From contig JAPMXV010000034.1 of the NCBI GenBank assembly GCA_026936335.1, positions 434,001 through 498,000 of the forward strand: a DNA stretch of 64,000 nt. The letters are read 5' to 3'. Positions within the stretch are counted from its first letter, which is position 1. Every line of letters starts with the position of its first letter. This stretch comes from Mantamonas sphyraenae STR306. Lineage: Eukaryota > Protista > CRuMs. The position numbers and the translations under genes are program-made. The notes below the pieces were generated by a model, which did not search any database, had not been told where the DNA came from, and saw only the letters and a program-made list of their open reading frames with translations. Below, in pieces: positions 26,859 through 39,321 of this stretch.

Positions 26859-27545
26859 ATGGATTTGTTCCGAAGCGCAAACGCCCTTCAGAGCGACCAT
26901 CTGAGCGTCGAAGACTCGCTGGAAGGCGGCTCAAGCAACAGCGAGAGCGCACGCACAGCGGGCAAAGTGCACGCGGATGCACCCGAGGCTGAGCAGCGAG
27001 CGGGCAAGCGTGCCGTGTCGTTTGCCACGCCACGTAGAGCGCTGGGAGACATCACCAACGGGGACAAGAGCACCACCAAGAGCAAGGGCAACCGTTCGCA
27101 GCAAAAGTCACGCGGCGGACGAAACAAGAGTGGCGGAAGCAGCTCTGCGTTTGCCATTGCGAGCGACGAAGCCGGAGTGCCGGCCGTTGAGAATTTCAAA
27201 TCAAAGGGCGCGCACATTAGCAGTGGCGACGCCGTGATGGACGCCATGTTTGACAGCATGGCCACCATGCGCAGCGACAACATCGACGTGGACGTGTCCC
27301 TCATTGTGGCCAACCACTCGCTGCAGATGCCCTCTGTGGGTGGCAAAAAGAAGCAGCCCAAGGCGCGCCGCAGCAGCAGTCGCAAGAAGAAGGCAAGCAA
27401 GCCTGCGTTGCAAGGTCTGGACTGGGACCTTGCCGGCGACCTCGACCTGGATTTGGATCTGGATCTGGATTTGGCCAGTCTGGATGCGCCCAGCAAGCGT
27501 GCGAGCTCATCCGTGCAGGATCTTGATGTGGATCTCGACTTCTGA
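26859..27545 (+). CDS. Disordered D-box protein, securin-like candidate (228 aa)
   Basis: TPRRALGDITN D-box; low-complexity, acidic C-terminus. Confidence 0.6.
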   Translation: MDLFRSANALQSDHLSVEDSLEGGSSNSESARTAGKVHADAPEAEQRAGKRAVSFATPRRALGDITNGDKSTTKSKGNRSQQKSRGGRNKSGGSSSAFAIASDEAGVPAVENFKSKGAHISSGDAVMDAMFDSMATMRSDNIDVDVSLIVANHSLQMPSVGGKKKQPKARRSSSRKKKASKPALQGLDWDLAGDLDLDLDLDLDLASLDAPSKRASSSVQDLDVDLDF

Positions 27546-27561
27546 AAACAAACACCACGTT

Positions 27562-28923
27562 TCATTGCAACAGGGGCTCCAACACATACGTCCCGTTGCG
27601 CAGGTTGCGTACAAAGATCTTGCTGCGCGATTCGTCGTCCCATAGGAGGGTTATCTTGCTGTCGTGGATGTCGGTGAGGCGAGCGCGTGCACGCACCGCC
27701 TGACCAGGCCTCTCCACCATCACCCGGTCACCCGTGTGCAACCACTTTCCGTTGTACTTCAGCTTCGTGCCCACCACGTCCACCTCCGCCGGTTCCAACG
27801 TTTCCTCCTCGTTCTCTGCCACCGTGCTGCTGCTGCTGCTGCTGCTGCTCGACGACGACGACGACGACGAGGCCGCCTCGTCGTCTTCCTTGTCGATGGC
27901 CAGGATCAGCGCAAGATCCTCGTGCACCTGCGACTGCTCCAGTGTATACTTGATGGGAGGCGCTGTGTGTGTGTGTGTGTGTGTGTGTGTGTTCATGTGT
28001 GCCCCTGTCTGTGTCAGGTGTGTTCCTCGCAATGTGCTTCCCGCCACACCGTTTTTCGCGCGGTTTACCCTCTTGCAACGCCAGACGGGTCTCTGTGTGC
28101 GACGACTGAGGCCCCACACGTCGTCTTGGGCTTGCTGTACACTTACGATTGGCCTTCTTCTTGGCATACGAGGCGTCAAATTCGCCTGGTTGCAACATCA
28201 GCTTGCGGCGCTTTTTGCTCCACACTTCCAGTTCTGCACACACACAACGTCGGCGTCCGCGCGAAATGTTAGCTGCAGAGGCCAAGGACAGTGTGACCCA
28301 CCCCCAGCACGACCGTCTCACCACAAAGCACCTACCATGACCAAGAGCACCGGCCTCCTTCTCCTCGCTTAGCAGCTTGCGCTTCTCGTTGACAAGTCCC
28401 AACATACGCTGCCGCAGCCGGTCCAATTCCTCGTCGTACTCTGTTTCCACAGCCGTCACCTCGCCTTTGTACAGGTTGGTCACGTTGTCCACCTGGTAGT
28501 CCAACCATGCCTTGGCTGTCCTCAGTCGTCGTTGCCGCACGTCTCGCATCTTCCGTTGGTACCGCACAAACTCCTCGTTCGTGCCTGCCGCGCGCGTCAG
28601 CCGATCAACTCTTCGCCCACCGTCCGGCCCCCTTTTTTCCTCTCCCTCCTCATCCCACCGTCCCGACACCCCCCCCTTCCCCATTGCGCCCACAACCCAC
28701 CTTCAATAATCATGCGTGCCTCCACTTCCAGAGCCGCCAGCTTCTCCTGGAACACCTCGTCGATCAGCAGCTGCAGCTGCTCCTTCATGTCCACCAGCTC
28801 GTCCACCACCTCCTCACGGCTCTTGCCGCTCGATGTCTGCGTCTCCGAATCCTTCTCCAGCGACGTTCCTGTGTCCGCCTCCTCGCTCAGCTCACTCACG
28901 TCACGCTTGCGCTTCTCCGACAT
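27562..28923 (-). CDS. SUDS3: Sds3/BRMS1 family Sin3-HDAC subunit; multi-exon
   Basis: FQEKLAALEVE...GTNEEF coiled coil, PPIKYTLEQSQVHEDL, GTKLKYNGKWLHTGDRV...SKIFVRNLRNGTY Tudor-like end. Confidence 0.8.
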
Positions 28924-29051
28924 CGGCAGGGCGCGTGACCAGGGGTTGGGGGAAAAGGTTGGCTGTCGCTTCGCGCTCGCAAGGCCACACAGTCGCACCA
29001 AGGACACACACATACACACACACACCAAGGACACACACATACACACACACC

Positions 29052-29867
29052 ATGCGTCCACTCACTCAGGAAGAAACAAAGGTGTTCTTTGAGAAGCTGG
29101 CCAAGTAGTGCGTTGCATTTTTTTCCGCGTCAGTCCGCTGCACTGCGTCCCTCCTGCACATGCGACCACGGCCGCAACGACACAAAGTGGGCAGCAGCCA
29201 ACGGTTGTCACGAGTGCGTTGGTGAGTGTTTGCACATCCACTGACACGCAGATTCGGAAAATCCGCCGGTGGGTACAGCATCGGCCGCAACATCAAGCTG
29301 CTGGTTGAACGCCCGGACGAGGAGTACTGCTTCCGTCTTCATCGCGACCGTGTGTACTACGTGAGGTGAGTGTACATGGCGACGACATGAGCCACAAAAC
29401 ACCTGTTTTGTCGTGGGTGGGTTGCCAGCTGCTGACACACAGCCCTGTGCGGGGGGGAACATGCAGCGAGCGCATCATGAAGATGGCCGCCAGCGCAAAG
29501 CACAAGAAGCTCATCAGCCTGGGCACATGCTTTGGCAAGTTTACAAAGAGCGGCCAGTTCCGCCTGCACATCACCTGCCTGGACTATCTGGCCCAGTACG
29601 CCCAGTACAAGGTTTGGATCAAGCCGTCGGCAGAGCTCAGCTTTCCTCTACGGACAGCACGTGTTCAAAGGCGGCCTCGGACGCATCACAGACAACACGC
29701 CTCCCAACCAAGGCGTCATTATCTACTCCATGAACGACATCCCGCTCGGCTTTGGCATCACCGTCAAGAGCACGCAGGAGGCTCGCAAGGTTGAGCCCAC
29801 GGCCACGGTCGCCATCAACCAGGCTGACATTGGCATGTACCTGCGTCAGGAGAACACGCTCACCTAA
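29052..29867 (+). CDS. NIP7: 60S biogenesis factor NIP7; two introns; +1 frameshift ~29642
   Basis: [63 protein letters not shown]. Confidence 0.95.
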
Positions 29868-30070
29868 ATCGAGGGTGCTTCTCAGGTTCTCAAGCAGACA
29901 CACAGCAGAACCGAGAAACGGGGGGGGGGGGCTCTCTCATCACCGCGGGGGGCACAGACAAGCAACACCATGAATGAACACACACACACACACACACACA
30001 TCACTCCCGTTTCACTCTCTCTCATCCGTCATCGCTGCGTCCGTCATCTCAACCAGCGAAAACACACACA

Positions 30071-31758
30071 ATGGCTCGTCGGCCAAGTGACGTGGGCATC
30101 CTCGCCATGGACGTCTACTTTCCCCGCACCTTTGTCGACCACAGAGAGATGGGTCAGTGGCTCCTCTGCCTGTGCATCGTCCGTCCCCCCCTGCGCTACT
30201 GACACGCCTCTGTCTTTTTGTCGTCCTGCAGAGCGGTTTGATCGGGTCGCCGAGGGCAAGTACACAATCGGTCTGGGCCTTCTCAACATGGCCTTTATCA
30301 CAGATTGCGAAGACGCCTGCTCCATGGCACTTACAGGTGTGTTTTGCCACCATGCCTGAATCCATTGCTCTTCCTCTGTGTGCCCATCCCCCGCCGCGCT
30401 GACACACCCCCCTCGTGCCCCTGTTTGCAAACGATCCCACTCCCCCCCTTTCCTTTGTCCTTTCGTCGCCCGTATGCCACCATGCAGTGGTGCAGAATCT
30501 GTTTGACAAGTATGACGTGAATCCCCAGGACATTGGGCGCCTGGAGGTGGGCACCGAGTCTTCTGTGGACAAGTCCAAGAGCATCAAGAGCGTCCTGATG
30601 GGCTTGTTCGCCTCGTCGGGCAATCACAACGTGGAGGGTGCAGACTGCATCAATGCCTGCTACGGCGGCACCGTGTCTCTATTCAACACTGTGGCCTGGG
30701 TCGAGTCCTCCGCCTGGGACGGTCGTATGGGCCTTGTGGTCTGTGTCGATTCGGCCGTCTACGCAAAGGGTCCCGCACGCGCCACCGGAGGCTGTGCTGC
30801 CGTCGCCATGCTCATTGGTCCCCAGGCTCCCCTCGTGCTCCAGCCTGCTCGAGCCTCCCACATGAAGCACACCTACGACTTTTTCAAGCCGGACTTTTCC
30901 TCTCAGTATCCCCGCGTCTACGGCAACCAGAGCCTAGCCTGGTACCTCGAGGCGCTGCAAACGTGCTACTGTGCACTCCTGGACAAAACCGCAGATGTTT
31001 CGTCCTCTTCATCCTCCTCCTCCTCCTCCGACAACGACATTTCAACGTTTGACCACTACGTCTTTCACGCACCGTTTGGCAAGCTTGTGCGCCGTTCTTT
31101 CTCTCGTCTGCTCATGTGCGATGCATTGAGACATCCGCACCGGTCGTCAGACATTATTGGCGACGAGAGCACGCGCAAATGGCTCAGCGCAAACGCGCAC
31201 GCTCACCCACCCTCTGTCATCCATCTGGACAAGGACATCGATCGCCAGTTTCTCACCGGCGCCCACTCTGCCTTTCTCGACCGTGTCGATCCCTCCTGTC
31301 TCCTTCAACGCACCCTGGGCAACTCGTACACAGCTTCATTGTACACAGGGCTCGCCTCACTCATCACACACCTCGCAGACGCCACCCACGACGCTGGCGC
31401 TGGCCGATCCATTGCCATGTTCTCCTTTGGTAGCGGCTTTTGCTCCTCCATGTTCTCTCTGCGCGTCGCAGGCGACCTACGTCCCATGGCAGCCCAAATG
31501 GACATCCGCAACCGCCTCGAGGCCCGTTGCAAGGTCGATCCTATCGACTACGACTCTATCATCGACGAGCGTGGCCAGAGCTATTGCGCAGCAAACTACA
31601 CTCCTGTACATAATCCGGACAACAGTGCCCTGTTTCCTGGCACCTACTATCTCGTGCGTATCAGTGGCTTCGAGCGCTTCTACAAACGCTTCGACGCCCA
31701 ACACTCAGGCCCTGCGTCCATCCGTGCTGCAAAGGCACCCATGAAAGCCAAATTGTAG
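30071..31758 (+). CDS. HMGCS1: Hydroxymethylglutaryl-CoA synthase; two introns
   Basis: VGILAMDVYFP, GKYTIGLG, IGRLEVGTES..DKSKSIKS, NACYGGT, GNSYTASLY, FSFGSG. Confidence 0.96.
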
Positions 31759-31778
31759 TCCTGTCACGCCGTTCACGT

Positions 31779-34042
31779 TCATTCTTTGTCCTTGCCAATC
31801 TTGCTCTGCTTGGCGCTCTGGAAAAGCGAGCCTCCCGCCGTCGTACTGTACAATGACCACTCCTGCAGATGCTGCTTCTGCTCATCGTCCTTGATGAGAG
31901 AGGTTAGGTACGTCAATCGTGCGTCGCACGCCGTCAGCTGCTCCAGAAGCACCTCTTTGTCATCCTCTACGTCGCATTCCTCGTACAGCTGATCAAACAA
32001 GAGGAACGCACGTGTGTACAGCCGAGCTGCCATCACGGCGTCGTTAAACACCATCTCTCGAGACGCTGCATCCTGGCTCAGCTGCAGGGCGTATTCGTAC
32101 TGTGTGTGTGTGTGTGCGTGTGCGCGCGTGCGAGAGCCCGTGTCAACAAGTGTGCCCAGTGTCCCACCTCCTCCCCCTCTCGCTTCTGACACTCTTCCTC
32201 ACCATCAGTTCCTCGGCTACAATGTTTTCGCTCAGGCGCGTCACTCGCTTCAGATCCTCCAACTTGCTGTGGTACAGAGCAAACTGTTCACCCAACTTCT
32301 TCACCGCCGCCTTGACTCCGTCCGACGACCGCTTTCGGCTCTTGTGTACAAACAGGCGTTGGACCTTGATCATGAGCTCGTATAGCGTCAAGACCGCCTT
32401 GTGGAACAGCACCAGCGCCTCGGGGTACTTCAGGTGCTGTTTCTTTTGTGACGCCAGGTATGCGATGCACTGCACGCGTTGCATGGCCTTGTTTAGGTGT
32501 GCTTCCAATTCAGCGTCCTTTGTAGGCAGCTTGGTGCCGTTGTCGCTCACTTCCCCGTCCTCTTCGCTGTCTCCCGAGCGCACAGACGAAGCGCTGCCTG
32601 TGTGGCTCGCTGGCGATCCGCTCCTTTTGATCAGCTCCACGGGTGTCACCACATATCGGCTCCCGCTGCTTGACGGCGATCCTTCGCCCCCCTCTGACGA
32701 CCCCTGGGTGTTTTTCTTGTTGGCCCCCTGTTTGTCATCGTTGCTGTCCTCGTCCAGAAAAACAATGCCCGCGTTCTTCATGTCCTCCTTTGAGGGCTTG
32801 CTGCTGCTGCTGCTGCCGCTGCTGCTGCTGTTGCCACCAGACCCATCGCTGCCCTGCTCTCCGTCCGAACCGGGCACCACTATCCCTTCAGCAGGCAGCA
32901 GGCCCCAACCCGTACCGCCTTGCTTCTCTCGCTCGGCTTCCCACTCGTCCAGACGCACATACTCATGCTCAAAGAACTCTTCATAGCTAATACGCACCAG
33001 AGGCTGCGGATGCAGCAGTTTGGCAACCAGGTCTGCGCACGCCTTGCTCATGGTGTTCTCCTTCAGATGCAGCCGTTTCAGGTACCTGTTCTTTTTGTTC
33101 TGCAGCTCCTTCAGGGTGTTGGCCTTGTACGGCGGCGATCCAGTGACCATTTCAAACAGGATTGCACCCACCGAGAACAGGTCGGCCTTGCTTGTGTATC
33201 CGCTGCCCTTGAGAATCTCAGGCGCCATGTACAACGGTGTGCCGCACAGCGTCTCCACCATGCGAGCGCTGTCCGCATACCTGGCAAACCCAAAGTCTGC
33301 CATCTTCATCACCGTCTCGTCTGTCTTTTCCACCAGCAACAGGTTGCCTGGCTTCAGGTCGCGGTGAATCACATTCCGACTCTGGATGTACTTCAGGCCC
33401 GCGGCTGTGTGAGGCATATCGAGGGCCGTGGGGTCGAGTCACACCACATGGGAGGCTTTGTGTCAGTGTACTCTGCTGTGTCATGGGCCGTCCAGGTGTC
33501 CCTCATCTCTGTGTACTCACCCAGCTGCCGCGTAAAGTACTGAGCGGTTACTTCGTCGATCTTGCCTCGCTTTTTGATGAAATGAGCTAGGTCTCCTCCG
33601 CTGCAAAGCTCCATCACAATGTAAATGGCCTCATCCTGCAGCACGCAAGTGTGTGCAAAGGGTGGGGAGCGCCAGCGTGTGGGCGGGGTGTGTGAGTGGT
33701 GCTGGTGGTGGATGACGTCGCCGAATTCTCAAGCAAACCCAGACCCGCGCGAGGAAACGGAATCCGGATGATTACTTGGTGGCCACTCACCGTTTCGATG
33801 CGATCAAACAGCTGCACAATGTTGTCGTGGTGCAGTTGGTATTGAATGTTGATCTCCGTGTCCAGGTTCTCCACTTCCTTTTTGTCTCGCAGCTTCTCGC
33901 GGAGGATCTGCTTCACCGCAACCACCTGTCCCGTGTCCTTGTGCACGCCCTTCCACACTGTGCCCGACGTGCCCTTGCCCAACAGCGTCTCCAGAACCCA
34001 TTCCCCGATCTGGTCTGGCCGCTCGTCACCTGTGCTGGACAT
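31779..34042 (-). CDS. ATG1: ATG1/ULK-family Ser/Thr kinase with C-terminal helical (MIT-like) region; multi-exon
   Basis: LGKGTSGTVW, VMELCSGGDL, HRDLKPGNLLL, ADFGFAR, ETLCGTPLYMAPE, KADLFSVG, RISYEEFFEH. Confidence 0.85.
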
Positions 34043-34195
34043 GTTGCGCGCGTTTTCGTTGGTGGGGCAGTCGTCGCCGCACTCCACCCGGCAACCCAAA
34101 CCCGCTGCCCTCCGTCTCCTTTTGTGCTCCCCTTGCTCGGAGCTGTGTGTGTGCGACAGAGAGGGCCACAAAGGGAGCACAACGCAGCCAGGTGG

Positions 34196-35020
34196 ATGTC
34201 GCAGGGACGCAAACGCAGGGTGAGAACGAGCCCGTCTCTGCGCCACGCCGACAGTGGCTCAGGGACATGTCCTGTGTGCGGAGAGTGTGTGGAGGGCTCT
34301 CTTGACGACTTGGAGCATCACGTGGACAAGTGTCTGGGTGATGGGGAGGACGATGGCGACGTGCAGGACGACTGGAAGCGGCAGCGGCTGGACGAGACGC
34401 CCGGTCTGGCTGACATTGAAGCAGCCCTGGCTGCACGTGAGCAGGACGAAGATTCGAATGCGGACAGCGGGTACACATGGAACGGCGAGCACCGTGTGCG
34501 CTCGGCCGATCTGCTGGAGGCCAGTTGGGAACAGGTGCTCGGCGGCAACATCTCCAAAGGCGGCGACGGCAGCGACGAGGTGGACGGCGACGTGGACGTG
34601 GATGACGACGGCACCACACGCTACGGTGAAGCTCAGTTTACGGAACAGGACCTGCAGTCAACACAGAGCACAGGCACCGACGAGGTTCACGGGTTGAACA
34701 CGTCCAGCACGAGCAGCAGCAGCAGCACAACCACCACCAATGACGTCGAAGGAACTGTGCATGGCGAAAGTATGCCATTGCCCTCGCAAGAGTTGCTCGT
34801 GCAGGTTCTGCGAGACGAGGTGCGGCGATTAAAGGCAGAAGCAGACGAAATACCGCGCTGTCTAGTCTGCATGGGCTTGTACAAAGAGGCCACAGTGTCG
34901 ATTGGGTGCTGGCATGTGTATTGTGCTCAGTGCTGGCTGTCGACACTGCGAGCAAAGCGGGTGTGTCCACAATGCCAGGTCATCACGCTGCCGTCCGATC
35001 TCCGCCGCGTGTACCTTTGA
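34196..35020 (+). CDS. RNF220: RNF220-like RING E3 ligase
   Basis: CPVC...HVDKC zinc finger, YTWNGEHRVR, YGEAQFTEQD, CWHVYCAQCWLSTLRAKRVCPQC...DLRRVYL. Confidence 0.85.
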   Translation: MSQGRKRRVRTSPSLRHADSGSGTCPVCGECVEGSLDDLEHHVDKCLGDGEDDGDVQDDWKRQRLDETPGLADIEAALAAREQDEDSNADSGYTWNGEHRVRSADLLEASWEQVLGGNISKGGDGSDEVDGDVDVDDDGTTRYGEAQFTEQDLQSTQSTGTDEVHGLNTSSTSSSSSTTTTNDVEGTVHGESMPLPSQELLVQVLRDEVRRLKAEADEIPRCLVCMGLYKEATVSIGCWHVYCAQCWLSTLRAKRVCPQCQVITLPSDLRRVYL

Positions 35021-35058
35021 CACTTGCGAACATGGAAATGAAGCCACACTCCATCACT

Positions 35059-36396
35059 TCATTCCCGAACATGTTTCATCAGCACTCGCCAGCTCTGCTC
35101 TTCATACTGTGGCTGAAAGTCGACTGTAGCGTTGTTGGCGGCGTGGACCGCTGCACCCAGGCACACCCCCTCGAGCGAAACCAACTCAAAGGCGTCGAGG
35201 TAGGGAGCGTCATCGTTCTCGGCCGTGGAGTCCTTGGGCGGACTCACCTGAGCCAGGAAGGATTCCTGGAAGAGAGATCCAGGCTCTTAAACACAGAGCC
35301 CTCGGCGACGATGCGCAGGCCGTCTTTGCGCATGGCGTCGTCGACACGAGGAAGCAGGGTCTTGACCATGAGACCAAGGTACATGCCCGTCTGCTCAAAG
35401 TGGTGCAGGCAAAAGGCGTCGCCCTCGCGTGCACCCTCAGCCAACACCTTTGCAAAACCTGCCACGTGGGCCTTGTCAAAGTCGCGGTACATGAAGCGCA
35501 ACAGGTCGCCATGGCTCTCGATGTCAAAGTATTCCAGCATGCGCTCGTACACCCAGGAGTGGTCGTGCACGGGTTCGAGGGGCAGGAACATCCCGTCTGT
35601 AAAGCGAAACACACGCTCCAGGGCGGTGGACACAAGGTGGTAGGCAGAGCCGTGGTCACCGAGCATGTGGCCCCAGCCTCCGCACCGGTATTGGTTGCCC
35701 TGGCCATCGACCAGCTCGCAGTTGGAGCCCGTGCCGGCAATGAGCACAATGCCCCCCGAGTTGCTTGCGCTCAGAACTGCGCCCAGCGTGTCCTCACACA
35801 CACTGATACTGGACACAAGCCCGGGCTCCAGCGAATGGATGGTGTCAATGAGCACGACGCGGTCCTTGGGGTCGCCCATGCCCGAGAGGGAGCAGCCAAG
35901 TGCAAGCAGCGGGCTGCCAGCGTCGACTCCGGCCTTGTTCTGGCACGCCTGCACCATGCTGATGATGGTTTTGCACGCCGTCTCCATGCCCACAAGCTAC
36001 ACGAGACGACAGCACGCCGGGTGGCACAGTTCCGGGTCAGCAACGGCGTGTGGTGTGGGCCATTTCAGTGCAAACTCGGCGAGGCATGTGCTGTGGGCGC
36101 TTTTGGTGTTGGCCCAAATGCGTCTCGAATGATACCTACCCAGTGATTTGAACTGTGGTCAGTCTCTACACGCGCCAGTTCCTGTCCGTCCAGGCTGTAC
36201 AACGTGGCTCGGGTATTGCTGCCGCCGCTGTGACAGGGTGAGGCGGGGGAAGGGTGGGGGGTGTACGAGATGTCAGCGCCAATGGGTCCACTATGCTCTG
36301 GTGGTGGTGAAGGTGGGGGGGGGGCGGTGACCAGGCGACACAGGACAGGAACACTCACCCGTCGACACCGCACACATATCCCGTGCTTGCACTCAT
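35059..36396 (-). CDS. NAGK: N-acetyl-D-glucosamine kinase; two introns; frameshift ~35272
   Basis: YVCGVDGGGSNT, SNHW|LVG, LGCSLSG, GGIVLIAGTGSNC, CGGWGHMLGDHGSAY, FDKAHVAGF. Confidence 0.92.
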
Positions 36397-36437
36397 TGGA
36401 GAGGATTGCGATGGGTGCAACAGAGCAACACCAGCCC

Positions 36438-38441
36438 ATGTACGTGTCTTGTGTGAGGAGGGGCCAGCGGGATGACGTGTGCTCAGGTGGAAGATAGGAT
36501 GAGAGAGCGAATGTGTGGCCATGTGTGGGCATTGGGGTGTGTGGTGGCAAGTGAGGTGCGGACAAGCTGACATGGAGTGGTCGTTGTTCAGGAACCGGTA
36601 CAAGAAGACAAAGACGCTGGGCGACGGGTCGTTCGGCAGCGTGATCAAGGCGATCAACAAGCAAACGGGCGAAGTGGTGCGTTGACAGGACGCAGAAGCG
36701 TGTGTGCTGGCGGTGGGCGCTGCGCAAAAAGCCGGAGCGTCGTCTCGATTTGCAACGGTTTTTTTGCGGGAGCGCGGGGTGGCTGCGGCCTGACCCAAGG
36801 GAGGCAAGTGGAGCGTAGACACTGACGCACAGGGGTGGCACATGCATATGGAACGACGCACAGGTGGCCATCAAGAAGATGAAGAAGAAATACTACTCGT
36901 GGGACGAGTGCATCAACCTGCGCGAAGTCAAGGTAGGTGTTTGTGGGACTCGCAGGGACGGAGGAGACTGCGTATGGGTGGCAAGCGGACGCTGTGGCGC
37001 ATCGCTGCGCTTGCCTGCTACGCGGAGCGTATCTTGGGGCATGGAAACGCATGCGCAGGACGCAGGAGACGGGCAAACGTGAGCGGCGCACCGAAAACGG
37101 GAAAGGGGGGAAGAGGCAACGGCTGACGCAGAATGATGGCGGGCGGACACACCACGCAACGCAACGGGCTTTGGGGGGATGGTGCTGGGAGCACAGTCGC
37201 TGCAAAAGCTCAACCACAGCAACATTGTGAAGCTGAAGGAGGTGATCCGAGAGAACAACGAGCTGTTCTTTGTGTTTGAGTACATGGAGGGCAACCTGTA
37301 CGAGCTGAGCCAGAATCGGAAGAACAAGCTGACGGAGGACAAGATCCGCAACTACACCTACCAGATCATCCAGGGTCTGGCGTACATGCACAAGCACGGC
37401 TTCTTCCACAGGGACATCAAGCCGGAAAACCTTCTGGTGACGAAAGAGACGTGCAAACTGGCGGACTTTGGGTTGGCACGAGAAATCCGCTCACGGCCGC
37501 CGTTTACAGACTATGTGAGCACACGATGGTACAGGGCACCGGAAGTGCTGCTGCGTGACCTTGCATACGGGGCACCCATCGACATGTGGGCGGTGGGCGC
37601 CATCATGGCGGAACTGTACACTCTGCGGCCGCTGTTTCCGGGCAACAGCGAAGCTGACGAAATCTTCAAGATTTGCAGCGTGCTGGGCACACCCACGTAC
37701 CAAACGTGGCCGGGTGGACTGAAGCTCGCACAGGCGATGCACTTCAAGCTGCCGCAGATGGTGGGTACGCCGCTGGGCCAGCTGGTGCCCAACGCGAGCT
37801 CAGAGGCCATCGATCTGATGTACCAGCTCATGCAGTATGATCCCAAGAAGCGCCCCACGGCATCGGAGGCGCTGCAGCACCCGTACTTCCAGGTTGGCAG
37901 CAGCATTCCGCAGCAGCTGCCCACGTTGAGCACGTCGTCCAAGTCGAGCTCGCGACGCTCGGGCAAGGGCAAGAAGGCACGTGGGAGCAACAGCAACAGC
38001 AACAGCAACAGCTTGAGCAGCACGGTGGAGCTGGGTGGCAGCAGCAGCATGAGCAGCAGCAGCAGCAACAGCAGCAGCAACAGCAGCAGCAACGGCGGCA
38101 CATACAAGGAGAACACGAGCAGCAGCAGCATGAGCAGCAGCAGCAGCAGCAACAACAACAGCAACAATGGCATCAGCGGGAAGCAGGGAAAGGGGGCAGG
38201 CGCCGGAGGGGGAAGCACGTACGGGAGCCTGGGAGGCAGCTACGGCAACTACGGCGGCGGGTACGGGTCTGGGTTTGGCTCTGCCTACGGAGGTGGCTCG
38301 TCATACCTGAGCGGTGGCTACAAGAGCGGCAACGGGAACGGGAACGGCAGGAGCAACAGCAAAACGACGGCGGTGGAGAGCGGCGGACAGCACTTTAGCG
38401 GATACGGAGGCACATCAACGGGCGCCGCAAGCACAAGCACA

Positions 38442-38490
<49 letters not shown>

Positions 38491-39248
38491 AGAACAACAG
38501 CAGCGGCAGCACGATGGGTGGGAGTAACCTGAGCAAGGTGCAGGGACGGGGCAGGGGCAGGAACAGCAAGGGCAGCGGCAGTGCGCTGGACTCATTATTG
38601 GGGGAGGACTCGGACGATGACGAATTCGAAGACATTCTGAACAATCTGACCAAGGGGGCCCACAGTAGCAAGCTGGGAGCAAACAGACGCAGCGGAAACA
38701 ACGGCAACGGACTGAGCAAGCAGGGCGGACAGCAGCAGCAGCAACAAACATCGACGACGAGCAACACGTCGACGACGTCGCGCAAAAGCGCAGGACGGCG
38801 TGCGAGCGGGAAGCAAGACGTGTTGGGGGCCAAGAGCGGGTTTGCCAGCGAGATGGCACGAAAGAGCGACTATGGACAGGGTGACATGGACGATTTCATG
38901 TCATCACTACTTGGAGAGAGTGGCTCGGGGATGGCCAACAGTGCGCCCAAGTCGTACAAGTCGCGCAGCCATCATCTGCCCGGAGTGCGCGGCAGTGGGG
39001 CGTTGGGCGGCGGAAGCACCAACAGTGGCAGCGACAGCGGCTTTGGGGCAGGTGGAAGCGGCAGCACCGGCGCAGGATCCAGCAAGAAGGAGGATCTGAA
39101 CAGTCTGTACGGCGTTTCTGGCTCGTACGGCAAGAGCAAGAGCAGCGCGTTGGCAAACTACGGCGGCGGCTACGGAAACTCCAGCAAGAGCAAGGGTAGG
39201 CACGGAATCGGTGCGTATGGAGGAGGCTATGGCAGTGGCTTGTTCTGA
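36438..39248 (+). CDS. MAK: MAK/ICK (RCK family) kinase with long S/G/N-rich tail; three introns
   Basis: [64 protein letters not shown] (TDY). Confidence 0.95.
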
Positions 39249-39321
39249 TGCATGAATGGACGTCTCTGTTTGAACACAATCTCATCACTGCCCGGTTGGC
39301 GACAAGGAAAACTCTCCAACA

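Noticed and set aside
37980-38500. (AGC/AAC)n arrays as a regulatory repeat
   Set aside because: Low-complexity S/N coding tail of MAK, a common feature of this proteome
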